Below are positions 8,464-19,094 of a stretch of DNA of 64,000 bases, piece after piece. The notes beneath the pieces are model-generated. The model was not told the origin of the DNA. It did not search any database and worked only from the letters and a program-made list of their open reading frames with translations. The DNA is taken from the NCBI GenBank assembly GCA_016278505.1, contig JADQBQ010000019.1:5098-69097 (forward strand), given 5' to 3'. The position numbers and the translations under genes were made by a program. This stretch comes from Clostridiales bacterium. Its GTDB lineage: Bacteria > Bacillota > Desulfotomaculia > Desulfotomaculales > VENG01. Position 1 is the stretch's first letter, and each line of letters opens with the position of its first letter.

Positions 8464-9454
8464 AGATTGTTTTATACCTACTCATGGAATCATAGGCGTA
8501 TTTTTGTACGTCCTCACCGGACCAGTAAGACATGGCTTTGGCACCTATATTTTTGGCCTTGACAATGGTAATATTTTCAATTAGTTTAGCTGCTGGACCC
8601 ATATCTTGGGGCCGCATGACTAAATCCTGAACTCCCACAGCAAGTAAGATGGGTATAGCTTCGGGAAGAGAGGCCAGGTTGGCCGAAACGCTGACTATTT
8701 TATTCTTTTGGGTAGCTATTTGAGCTAAATTTTGAATCTGAAAGAGGAACATCGGTTCAAATTGATGCTTTAGATGCTCTAACCCCTGCGGAGAGAAATC
8801 CGCCCCCATGGTATAGTTTCTCAGAGCCTCCCCAACCTGGAAAAAGGATACGTCATAGCAGAATTGGGTTGTGTTCACCGTGACCGAAGGCAGATCAGCC
8901 ATAAGGCCCAGCTCAGTTACCGGGCGGTAATTTATATGCTCATTGGCCAGTTCAGATTCAGTCTCTTTTAGTAGCTTTTTAAACTGCTTTACCTCCCGTG
9001 GTGTACTGACCATGGGTAGTAATAAATGAATGTGCCCCAATGCGTTGGCCCTCGATATGGCGCGCAGCTGGGGCTTTAATGTTGCCGGGTTGGCCAGTCC
9101 CAGGCGCAGCCCTTTCAGCCCCAGATCAGGGTTTCTTTCCCACGCAGGGGTGTCTATACCGGGCATTTGGCCGGCACTAAGGCTGCATGTGCGCACGGTA
9201 ACCGGCCTGATCCCGGCTTTAGAGACCGCTTCTTTATATATTGCAAATTGTTCGTCTTCTCCCGGCAGGTCATTTCTACCTATAAAGAGGAAATCCGTAT
9301 CCAGGAGTCCGATGCCGTGGCACCACTTACCGGTGGACTCTTCAATATCCTCGGCGCAGGTAACCAGTGAGGTTATGCTTACTGGATGGCCGTCAGCAGT
9401 TTTAATGCATGCATGTCCCCGGAGTCCGGGAGTAGAATTATTGGGATTTGACAC
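8462..9454 (-). CDS. stand-alone PEP-utilizing-enzyme C-terminal (TIM-barrel) domain protein
   Basis: Matches the C-terminal PEP-binding domain of enzyme I / PpsA-type proteins (HGIGLLDTDFLFIGRNDLPGEDEQ, RNPDLGLKGLRL, LLLPMVSTPREV). No phosphohistidine swivel domain is present. Confidence 0.7.
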   Translation of the reverse strand: MSNPNNSTPGLRGHACIKTADGHPVSITSLVTCAEDIEESTGKWCHGIGLLDTDFLFIGRNDLPGEDEQFAIYKEAVSKAGIRPVTVRTCSLSAGQMPGIDTPAWERNPDLGLKGLRLGLANPATLKPQLRAISRANALGHIHLLLPMVSTPREVKQFKKLLKETESELANEHINYRPVTELGLMADLPSVTVNTTQFCYDVSFFQVGEALRNYTMGADFSPQGLEHLKHQFEPMFLFQIQNLAQIATQKNKIVSVSANLASLPEAIPILLAVGVQDLVMRPQDMGPAAKLIENITIVKAKNIGAKAMSYWSGEDVQKYAYDSMSRYKTI

Positions 9455-9581
9455 TGACTCACTCCTAAGTGCGGAGATTTGAAATTAGAAGTTGGAAATT
9501 AGAATAAAAATTTCATAAACCAACAACACTTGTTTGCATTATAGCACTGGCCTGGTAATATGTTCAACCGGAGGTGAAGAA

Positions 9582-10304
9582 TTAAAGATTGAGGTTGGGG
9601 GTTATTTTTTCCTGAACATATTGAAAAAAATCTTCTATGTCATCGCTGATTTGCTCTGCAGCGCTGGAAATTAGTTTTTCCACTTCAACGGTGTTAATTT
9701 GTACTCCATGCCTGGTAGACATTTGCGTGCCGTATTTTTCGGCCAGTGTTTTTGTTGTAATTTTATGGGTTTCTATATAATTTGGAAAGGCAGCTATTCT
9801 TTGTTGCAGAAAGGAAACATCGGGGCATATGTGGGGTAGCTTGCTGCCAAGATACTGGATAAAATCATTGTTTATACACGCCTTTTGGATGATGTCTCCA
9901 TATCGGTTATCGTTGCTGATGTGAAGTTCCACTGCCATTTCCACTATGTTATGTGCCTTCCACCAGCCCATATGCTCGGGAATGTTACAGGCGCGCATGG
10001 TTTGATTGACCAGCGGACGTGCTTTCTCAAAACAATAGCCGCGCTCGTATTCCAGGTACTTTTCATCCCCGAAAAAGTCCAATCCGTTGGGTTCTATGCC
10101 GTGAGTAATAACTCCCTGGATAAAGTCAAGCAGTTCCTTTTCCTTGTCCCAATTATTTAAAAGCAGAGTGCCCAGGCTGTGTGCTTCCTTGTGCTGTAAT
10201 TTAGGGTTAATGATCATGTCCGGAAAAATACTTCCCAGGGCAAGCTCGTCGGACATATGCCCCAATACTCTTTGGGCAAAATAAACGTGAGTTTGAGGAA
10301 ACAT
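9582..10304 (-). CDS. hypothetical protein, His-rich, possibly a metal-dependent hydrolase
   Basis: A 240-aa ORF with several conserved-looking His residues. The family assignment is not secure. Confidence 0.5.
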   Translation of the reverse strand: MFPQTHVYFAQRVLGHMSDELALGSIFPDMIINPKLQHKEAHSLGTLLLNNWDKEKELLDFIQGVITHGIEPNGLDFFGDEKYLEYERGYCFEKARPLVNQTMRACNIPEHMGWWKAHNIVEMAVELHISNDNRYGDIIQKACINNDFIQYLGSKLPHICPDVSFLQQRIAAFPNYIETHKITTKTLAEKYGTQMSTRHGVQINTVEVEKLISSAAEQISDDIEDFFQYVQEKITPNLNL

Positions 10305-10389
10305 AAATGGCTTTCCCTCCGCTTTTTTGCAGTTTAACTAGCATTGACAAATAAAGCCCAAAGGGATATTATTTGCCGGGTGACAATCT

Positions 10390-11904
10390 ATGTCTAAGAC
10401 TTTATTACGAACGTCTTCTATACTTTTTGTTCTCTTTGTAGCCAGCAGGATACTGGGGTTTATAAGAGAACAGGTGGTGGCTGCGTACCTGGGGGCGACG
10501 CCCCAGTCAGACGCCTATGTGGTGGCCGCTACCATTCCCTTTATACTATCATACATCATTGGCACTGCGGCGGGAAACTCATTTCTGCCGGTCTATACCG
10601 GTAGGTTGGGTGATAAAGATGCTAACCGTCTGGCCTCTACGGTATTTGTAATCTTTGGCGGCGCCGTGGTTTTGATTTGTGCCGGAGGTTTCCTTTTTGC
10701 CCCCTACCTGGTGGATTTATTGGCACCGGGCTTTACCGCCGGTGTACGATCCCTGGCTGTTGTGCTTACCAAAATAATGTTACCGGGACTTGCTTTTTTG
10801 ACTTTGGGGTACGTGGTGAAAGCAGCGCTTAATGCCCACCGCCAATTCACGGTTCCGGCTGCGGCACCGGCCCTGCAGAATATTGTCTTCATTCTTCTGC
10901 TGGTCTTTTTTGCCCAAAAAGGGGCGGTAGGATTGGCGTGGTCTATGCTTGCCGGGACAGTGGTATTTTATTTGGTGCAGCGAATTGTGGCCGGGAATTA
11001 CGGCATTAGATGGCGTCCGCAATTAAACTTTAAAGATCCGGATGTCCGCAGGGTAATGGTATTGGCGGTGCCGGTGATTCTGACCACCCTGGGTACCAAG
11101 GGGTATATCTTTCTGGACCGCTGGCTGGGCTCACAATTAAGTGGCGGTAGTATTGCCGCTTTGAACTTTGCCGACCGTATCAGGGAACTTCCTTACGGAT
11201 TGTTTGTTGCTGCTGTTTCCACAGTGCTTTTCCCCACCCTTGCTTCTGCGGCCAGCAGACAGGATTTGCAATCTCTCCGCAAAAACACAGCCATGGGTTT
11301 GCGCATGGTGGCCATGCTGGGTTTTCCCGCGGCGGTACTGCTGTCGTTACTGGATCGCCCGGTGGTACGGCTGCTCTTTGAGCGGGGTGCCTTTGATGCT
11401 GCGGCGACTACTGCTACGGCCGGGGCCCTGGGCTTTTATGCAGTATCGGTAATTGCGCTTTGCGCCAATTCTATTATTACATATACTTTTTTGAGCATGC
11501 AGGATGGCATAATTCCATTGAAAATAGGGGCTGCGGCCCTGGGGGTTAACCTGGTGGCTGATTTGTTGTTGGTGAACAGTATGGGCCATGTGGGGCTGGC
11601 TCTGGGCAATACTATTGCCGCTTTTTTTGCCATGGTTTTGTTTGTGTCGTTACTGAGTAGAAAGCTGCAGGGTTTTGATTGGCAGGAGCTGTTGGTCTCT
11701 GTTTTTAAAATTGGTATAGCTGCTGCTGTACTTGGTCTTATAAGTGTGGGCCTTGCCCACTGGACCGGCCTTTATAACGAAAATATTTCATTGTTCCGCC
11801 AAATTTGGGGCTTAGGATTGTCCGTAGGAGCCGGCGGCCTGGTGTACATTGCACTTTTGTTTGTGTTTAGGATTGAGGAGACTCGGATGTTTTTGCGAAG
11901 ATAA
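10390..11904 (+). CDS. murJ: lipid II flippase MurJ (MviN family)
   Basis: A 504-aa polytopic membrane protein with the typical MurJ N-terminus (SRILGFIREQVVAAYLGAT..SDAY) and size. Confidence 0.9.
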   Translation: MSKTLLRTSSILFVLFVASRILGFIREQVVAAYLGATPQSDAYVVAATIPFILSYIIGTAAGNSFLPVYTGRLGDKDANRLASTVFVIFGGAVVLICAGGFLFAPYLVDLLAPGFTAGVRSLAVVLTKIMLPGLAFLTLGYVVKAALNAHRQFTVPAAAPALQNIVFILLLVFFAQKGAVGLAWSMLAGTVVFYLVQRIVAGNYGIRWRPQLNFKDPDVRRVMVLAVPVILTTLGTKGYIFLDRWLGSQLSGGSIAALNFADRIRELPYGLFVAAVSTVLFPTLASAASRQDLQSLRKNTAMGLRMVAMLGFPAAVLLSLLDRPVVRLLFERGAFDAAATTATAGALGFYAVSVIALCANSIITYTFLSMQDGIIPLKIGAAALGVNLVADLLLVNSMGHVGLALGNTIAAFFAMVLFVSLLSRKLQGFDWQELLVSVFKIGIAAAVLGLISVGLAHWTGLYNENISLFRQIWGLGLSVGAGGLVYIALLFVFRIEETRMFLRR

Positions 11905-12340
11905 AGAAATTTTAGGGTCGCTGCTTAAGGGCCAACATTTCTTTTAGACAGGATTACAGGATTTGCAGGATAAAGAAATTATGGGGTCGTTACTTGCGGG
12001 TCTTATGAAAAAGATGAAGAGATTTTAGGTCGTCGCTTAAGGGTCAAAAATTTTTGACGGGATTAACGGGATACACGGGATTAGTGTAGTGTTATGTATT
12101 ATTTGTTTATTAAATAGATGCTCAATTTTTGGCTATGGCAGTGACCGGTATTAGAAGAAATTAATTATAATATGTATTTTAAAAAATCCTGCTATCCTGT
12201 AATCCTGTCAGAAAAAAGACCCCAAAGAATTACATGCAATCTTTTAGATCTTAGTAAAAATTTTTGCCTTACAATCACAGTAAATAAAGCCCGTAAATCC
12301 CGTCAAAAAACTGACCCCCAAGAAATACATGCAAATTCTT
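11905..12340. repeat. cluster of degenerate repeat modules in mirror arrangement, filling the convergent spacer
   Basis: Module: GGGTC..T-run..GAC(A/G)GGATT(A/T)AC(A/G)GGAT. Plus-strand copies end at 11947-11971 and 12056-12082. Minus-strand copies are at 12186-12209 and 12289-12304. Truncated or degenerate copies are at 11973-12018 and 12251-12283. Confidence 0.6.
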
Positions 12341-13294
12341 TTACACCTTAGCCAAAGCCGCACCGTTGGTGTAATTGAACAGCCGGCCCTGATAAGTATC
12401 TTTTGTCTCCAGCAACTCCTCAATAGCCTGCCTTAACTTCCACCAGCTCACATCCCAGTTGGAGAAAAGCACCTTTTCCGCCGGGCCCTTACCCACCAAG
12501 CGCTGTACTACAATGGTAGGATCCAAGTACTCCAGAAAAGTTACCACCCTCTGCGCGTACTCCTCCAGGGAAATCATTTCAAATTCCCCTTTACTGTACA
12601 TATCCCCCAATACAGTATCCCTTACCACATATAAAGAATGAAACTTTACATAGTCACTGTGCAGGACCGACATCAGCTTAGCGCCTTCTACTATATCCTC
12701 ACGGTCATCCCCAGGGAGATTAAGAATTAAGTGGGTGCAAATTTCAAACCCACGTTTTTTTGTACGCAGTACCGCATCCACGTATTCGGCCAGGGAATGC
12801 CCCCGGTTTATCCTGTGCAGGGTGTGATAATTCACGGTTTGCAGGCCCAGCTCAATATTGATATTTAAATTATACTCTTGCTGCAGCGTTTGCAGATAAT
12901 CAAGGTAGGCATCTGATATGCAATCCGGCCGGGTGGATATGGAAATACCTATTATGTCCGGTTCTTCCGCTGCCGCCTGCATGTTTGCCTTAAACTGTTC
13001 TAATGGAAGATATGTATTGGTAAATGCCTGGAAGTAAGCGATAAACTTTTGGGCCTTAAATTTCTTTTTAAAGTTGGCCTTATTGGTTTGCAGCTGGTCC
13101 TTTACGGCCAGGCTGTTGGGCAGGGCATCAAAGCCAGAGCCTTCTTCATCACAAAATATGCATCCGCCCCTGCCCACGGTTCCGTCCCGGTTAGGGCAGG
13201 TTCCGGGCAAATTTACAGGGAGTTTGTAAACTTTATACCCGAATTTTTCTTTCAAATGTTTGGAATAGGTTCTGTACCTTTCTTCAGGCTGCAT
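12341..13294 (-). CDS. TIGR01212-family radical SAM protein (YhcC-like)
   Basis: N-terminal CPNRDGTVGRGGCIFC cluster typical of the TIGR01212 family. Size 317 aa. Confidence 0.85.
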   Translation of the reverse strand: MQPEERYRTYSKHLKEKFGYKVYKLPVNLPGTCPNRDGTVGRGGCIFCDEEGSGFDALPNSLAVKDQLQTNKANFKKKFKAQKFIAYFQAFTNTYLPLEQFKANMQAAAEEPDIIGISISTRPDCISDAYLDYLQTLQQEYNLNINIELGLQTVNYHTLHRINRGHSLAEYVDAVLRTKKRGFEICTHLILNLPGDDREDIVEGAKLMSVLHSDYVKFHSLYVVRDTVLGDMYSKGEFEMISLEEYAQRVVTFLEYLDPTIVVQRLVGKGPAEKVLFSNWDVSWWKLRQAIEELLETKDTYQGRLFNYTNGAALAKV

Positions 13295-13383
13295 GGTAAC
13301 ACCTTCCTGCTTTTTTTAAATCATTGTGTCTCATCGCTGCAAAAAAGGGGGACTGTCCCCCTTTTTTAGGGAAAGCCCCCCTT

Positions 13384-14322
13384 TTACGGGAGTTGGTTTA
13401 GGCTGGCAAAGGTATAACCCTGTTCCTTTAGCTCTTTGATAATACTGTCCAGAGCCTCGGTATTGGATTCGGAAACTGCGTGCAAAAGGATAATAGCCCC
13501 ATTATGAACGTTATTGGTGACAAAATTAAATGCTGCTTCTTTGCCGGGCTGATCGTCCACTATCCAGTCCCGGTAGGCCATACTCCAGAAAATGGTTTTA
13601 TATCCTTCCTGGGCCGCCACATCCAGTACCCGTTGGTTAAATTCTCCCCGGGGAGGGCGGAAGTAGTGTAATTCTTGGCCTGTCAGTTGTTCCACTTGTG
13701 TTTCCACTGTATCAAGCTCTTCTTTAATTTTCTCGCTGCTTATGGTCGGCATACTGGGGTGCGTGTCGCTATGGTTACCTATAATGTGTCCTTCATCAGC
13801 CATCCTTTTTACCAGACCGGGCTCGCTTTCCACATAACCACCGGTGACAAAAAAGGCTGCCGGTACTTTATTTGCCTTTAAGGTGTTCAGTATCTCCGGG
13901 GTGTAGCCATTTTCGTAGCCTTCGTCAAAGGTAAGGAAAATCCTTTTTTTGTTGGTATCCCCCAGGTAATATCCCTTATTTTCAAGCATTTGCAGGTACT
14001 GTGAGTCAGTGCTGGGTGGTGAATTCCGATCATTACGATCACGCTTAAAATACCATCCGTAGACTTTGTTATCCGCCGTGTTTATAGGTTCGGAAGTGGA
14101 TTGCAAACTGTCCAATCGCTCCGTTAGCCTTTGCTTTTCCTCTTCCAGCGCAGTTGTTTGCTGCTTATATTCGGCAATGCGGCTCTGCAATTGCTCCAAC
14201 TGTGCCGCCCCTTCCTCTGTTACGTCACCCGCGGCGGGGGAGATACCAAAAGAATAGGTTCCTACCAGGTAAATATTTAGCCCCAGAGAAAGTATCAAAA
14301 GCCAAGGTAAATATTTTCGCAA
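13384..14322 (-). CDS. polysaccharide deacetylase family protein (PdaA-like) with N-terminal TM and coiled coil
   Basis: NodB-type motifs FLTFDEGYENG and HSDTHP. I prefer the TTG at 14322 with AAAGGAGGAG upstream over the listed start at 14430. Confidence 0.8.
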   Translation of the reverse strand: MRKYLPWLLILSLGLNIYLVGTYSFGISPAAGDVTEEGAAQLEQLQSRIAEYKQQTTALEEEKQRLTERLDSLQSTSEPINTADNKVYGWYFKRDRNDRNSPPSTDSQYLQMLENKGYYLGDTNKKRIFLTFDEGYENGYTPEILNTLKANKVPAAFFVTGGYVESEPGLVKRMADEGHIIGNHSDTHPSMPTISSEKIKEELDTVETQVEQLTGQELHYFRPPRGEFNQRVLDVAAQEGYKTIFWSMAYRDWIVDDQPGKEAAFNFVTNNVHNGAIILLHAVSESNTEALDSIIKELKEQGYTFASLNQLP

Positions 14323-14435
14323 TTGTACTCCTCCTTTGGAATTATTACTATGACCAACTTGTAAGACCCAACTGCGATCAATGTTTTTTAATATAACCGG
14401 GAGGGGGTGCCTCCCGGTTTGTCCCTTCAAATTAA

Positions 14436-15560
<1,125 letters not shown>

Positions 15561-15758
15561 TTAATGATATCATCATTTTCACTGAATTATTGATAGTTTG
15601 TCTTTTTTTCTATAGGGAATCCATATAAAAGGCTTGAAAATAACGGTTTAATTGACACAAAAAATCATTTAAGATTTATGTTGCTAATAATGCTTGGAAA
15701 ATGTAGCCCAAGGATTTAAGATTATATAAGCTAATATTTTGAATAGGGTGGTGCAATT

Positions 15759-17912
15759 TTGCATAAAATCGATTTCATTGCCGACCAGGTGGCAGCGGAT
15801 ACAAATATAAACCCCAAACAGGTAGAAAAAACAATTGCTCTTTTGGACGATGGCAATACCGTCCCTTTCATTGCCAGGTACCGTAAGGAAATTACGGGTG
15901 AACTTGATGAAATTCAGTTGCGCTCAATTGAAGAAAGGGTACAATACCTGCGGAACCTTTCCCATCGCAAAGAAGAAGTACTACGTTTAATTAATGAACA
16001 GGGCAAGCTTTCGCCTGAATTAAAAAACCAGATACAGGAGGCAAAAAAACTTACTGCGGTGGAAGATTTATACCGCCCGTATCGTCAAAAGCGGCGCACT
16101 AGAGCCACAGTGGCGCGGGAAAAGGGCTTAGAGCCTCTAGCGCAGTATTTGCTAGCCGGGCCCGCATCCGGCGATCCCAGGGACGAGGCTGCAAAGTACG
16201 TTAACGAAGAAAAAGAAGTGTCAACCCCGGAGGATGCAATAAAAGGTGCACTGGATATCATTGCCGAAACAATAGCGGATGAACCTAATATTCGTGCTTG
16301 GTTGAGAGATTTTACCTGGAAAAAGGGTACTTTGTCAACTAAGGCCAAAGAAAAAGATGCCGAGTCTGTTTATGAAATGTATTATGATTACCGGGAACCA
16401 ATTAAAACGGTGGTGCCGCACCGGGTTTTAGCCATCAACAGGGGCGAGCGGGAGGGAATCCTGCGGGTACATATTGAGACTGACGAAGACATTGCCTTAG
16501 CATATCTACACCAACAGAGGTTACGGAAAGACTCTCTAACAGCGGAACTGGTGGCTGAAGCACTTCAGGACGGTTACCGGCGCCTTCTGGCACCTGCTAT
16601 AGAAAGAGACGTCAGGGGAGAGCTTACGGAGAAGGCGGAAAAACAGGCCATCAGTATCTTTTCCCAAAATCTCCGCGGGCTATTACTGCAACCTCCCATT
16701 AAAGGAGCTGTGGTATTAGGCGTAGACCCCGCGTACCGTACCGGATGTAAATGGGCAGTGGTGGATGAAACCGGTAAACTTCTGGATATTGGGGTGGTTT
16801 ACCCCACTCCGCCACAAGAAAAAGTTAAAGCAGCCAGGGATACTTTTGAGCAGCTTTTGGAGCGTTATGACTTTGATGTAATAGCCATAGGAAATGGTAC
16901 TGCATCAAGGGAAACCGAAAGTTTTGTGGCCGAGTTTATTGGTTCTGTAAATAAAAAATCTTTGAAGTATATTATTGTTAACGAAGCCGGGGCCAGTGTT
17001 TATTCAGCCTCCAAGGTTGCGGCCCGCGAATTTCCTGAATTAGATGTTTCCGAGCGCAGCGCGGTTTCCATTGCCCGCCGCCTGCAGGACCCGCTTGCTG
17101 AACTGGTCAAAATAGAGCCCAGGTCTGTAGGTGTTGGACAGTACCAGCATGATGTTTCAACTAAGAAGTTGGAGGCTGAATTGGGTAAAGTTGTGGAATC
17201 CGGTGTTAACTATGTGGGGGTGGATTTAAACACCGCTTCCATGGAATTATTACATTATGTTTCAGGTGTTAATACTACTGTGGCTAAAAATTTAGTCGAG
17301 CACCGGAATGCAAACGGCCGGTTTAAAAGCCGCGCGGAATTGAAAAAAGTACCACGCCTGGGGCCCAAGGCCTTTGAGCAGGCAGCAGGCTTTTTGAGAC
17401 TGCGGGACTGTAGTAATCCACTCGATAATACACCCGTCCACCCGGAATCGTATAGCGTGGCCAAAGAGCTTTTGTCCATGCTGGGCTGTTCTTTGCAGGA
17501 CGTGGGTACTGCTGAATTAAAAGCAAAATTAAATGATGTAAATTTATTGAAAGTTGCCGCCGAAACCGGGGCCGGTATTCCTACCTTGAGAGATATCATA
17601 GATAGTTTAAAGAAACCGGGGCGAGATCCCCGGGAAGATTTGCCGGCACCCATTTTCAGAACCGATGTTTTAAAGCTGGAGGATTTGCGTGAGGGCATGA
17701 CTTTAAAAGGGACCGTGCGCAACGTGGTGGATTTCGGTGCCTTTGTAGATATTGGGGTTAAAGTGGACGGTTTGGTACATATATCCCAAATCTCTGACCG
17801 TTATGTAAGGCACCCCATGGATGTAGTGTCTGTTGGTGATGTAGTAACGGTAAGGGTTTTGTCCGTGGATTTAAGCCGGCAGCGGGTAAGTTTAAGTATG
17901 CTGGTACAGTGA
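15759..17912 (+). CDS. tex: Tex-like transcription accessory protein (S1 domain)
   Basis: 717 aa with YqgF-like and HhH regions and a C-terminal S1 domain (GTVRNVVDFGAFVDIG..DGLVHISQ). Confidence 0.9.
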   Translation: MHKIDFIADQVAADTNINPKQVEKTIALLDDGNTVPFIARYRKEITGELDEIQLRSIEERVQYLRNLSHRKEEVLRLINEQGKLSPELKNQIQEAKKLTAVEDLYRPYRQKRRTRATVAREKGLEPLAQYLLAGPASGDPRDEAAKYVNEEKEVSTPEDAIKGALDIIAETIADEPNIRAWLRDFTWKKGTLSTKAKEKDAESVYEMYYDYREPIKTVVPHRVLAINRGEREGILRVHIETDEDIALAYLHQQRLRKDSLTAELVAEALQDGYRRLLAPAIERDVRGELTEKAEKQAISIFSQNLRGLLLQPPIKGAVVLGVDPAYRTGCKWAVVDETGKLLDIGVVYPTPPQEKVKAARDTFEQLLERYDFDVIAIGNGTASRETESFVAEFIGSVNKKSLKYIIVNEAGASVYSASKVAAREFPELDVSERSAVSIARRLQDPLAELVKIEPRSVGVGQYQHDVSTKKLEAELGKVVESGVNYVGVDLNTASMELLHYVSGVNTTVAKNLVEHRNANGRFKSRAELKKVPRLGPKAFEQAAGFLRLRDCSNPLDNTPVHPESYSVAKELLSMLGCSLQDVGTAELKAKLNDVNLLKVAAETGAGIPTLRDIIDSLKKPGRDPREDLPAPIFRTDVLKLEDLREGMTLKGTVRNVVDFGAFVDIGVKVDGLVHISQISDRYVRHPMDVVSVGDVVTVRVLSVDLSRQRVSLSMLVQ

Positions 17913-17984
17913 TTTACGCTTAATGGCGGATAGTTTGTTAAATAAATGCATTGGAACTGTTAAAAAGAAACGGAGGTATGGAAG

Positions 17985-19052
17985 GTGACCGCAGGCGGAA
18001 CAGGAAATAGACCCGGGACGGGAGAATCATTTCTTAAACGAAAAAATGTAATCATTTCTGTAGACCGTTATTTAATCCAGGCGCTGGGTGCCATGGCCCT
18101 GGGGCTTTTTGCCTCACTTATTATAGGCCTTATTCTCAAAGTTACCGGGGAGCAATTATCTGTTATTACCGGGAAGCAATTAACCTTTCTGGTTGAGTCA
18201 GGTAAATTGGCCATGAATACACAGCTTATGGGGGCGGCCATAGGTGTAGCAGTCGCTTACGGTCTACAGGCGCCGCCTCTGGTAATGTTTGCTTCCGCCA
18301 TTACCGGTGCAGCCGGGGCTTCTTTAGGCGGCCCCGCCGGGAGCTTTGTTGCGGCTGTCCTTGGCGCCGAATTCGGCAAATTAGTATCCAAGGAAACACC
18401 CCTGGATATCATAGTCACCCCGGTGGTTACTATTTTGGTAGGTTTTGCTGCCGCCACCACGGTGGGGCCGGCCATTGACGCCGGCATGAAATCACTGGGA
18501 GCGCTGATTGTATGGGCCACCGAACTACAGCCTATCCCCATGGGGATACTTGTAGCCGGGCTAATGGGGTTGGCACTGACGGCGCCCATCAGCAGTGCGG
18601 CGCTGGGCATTATGATGGGGCTTGACGGCCTTGCTGCGGGGGCGGCAACTGTAGGATGTGCAGCCCAGATGATAGGTTTTGCCGTGATTGGCTTTAGGGA
18701 AAACGGCGTGGGAGGGTTGTTTGCCCAGGGACTTGGGACCTCCATGCTGCAGATCCCCAATATAGTCCGCAACCCCTGGATAATCTTGCCTCCCACCTTT
18801 GCCGGGGCGGTGCTTGGCCCCTTTGCCACCACCGTGTTTGCCATGACCAATATTCCCATAGGTTCCGGGATGGGAACCGCCGGGCTGGTGGGTCAATTTG
18901 CCACTGTAACTGCCATGGGATTCACAACCGGGGTATTATGGAAAATAATACTACTGCATTTTGCAGCGCCTGCCGTTTTGGCTGGTGCAGCAGCTATGAT
19001 AATGCGCAAAATGGGTAAAATTAAAAGCGGCGATTTGAAACTTGACCTTTAA
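17985..19052 (+). CDS. PTS EIIC-domain membrane protein (PfoR-like)
   Basis: Gly/Ala-rich polytopic protein resembling PfoR/EIIC-family proteins. GTG start with GGAGGT 7 nt upstream. Confidence 0.65.
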   Translation: MTAGGTGNRPGTGESFLKRKNVIISVDRYLIQALGAMALGLFASLIIGLILKVTGEQLSVITGKQLTFLVESGKLAMNTQLMGAAIGVAVAYGLQAPPLVMFASAITGAAGASLGGPAGSFVAAVLGAEFGKLVSKETPLDIIVTPVVTILVGFAAATTVGPAIDAGMKSLGALIVWATELQPIPMGILVAGLMGLALTAPISSAALGIMMGLDGLAAGAATVGCAAQMIGFAVIGFRENGVGGLFAQGLGTSMLQIPNIVRNPWIILPPTFAGAVLGPFATTVFAMTNIPIGSGMGTAGLVGQFATVTAMGFTTGVLWKIILLHFAAPAVLAGAAAMIMRKMGKIKSGDLKLDL

Positions 19053-19094
19053 CACAAAAACAAAAACAAAAGGAATAAAAGGGAGCAATTATAT

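Noticed and set aside
8211-8465. An 84-aa Arg-rich ORF (+ strand) lying inside repeat element copy 1.
   Set aside because: It has no RBS. Copy 2 carries two single-nt indels relative to copy 1 that break this frame. The composition reflects GC-rich helices rather than a protein.
11905-12340. A CRISPR array as an explanation for the repeats in the murJ spacer.
   Set aside because: The repeats are degenerate, irregularly spaced and present on both strands. There are no unique spacers of constant length and no cas genes in the window.
18257-18859. A 200-aa antisense ORF inside the PfoR-like gene (and a similar one at 18561-18896).
   Set aside because: This is a typical shadow ORF in a GC-rich, Gly/Ala-rich membrane-protein gene. 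The sense strand has the recognisable family match.
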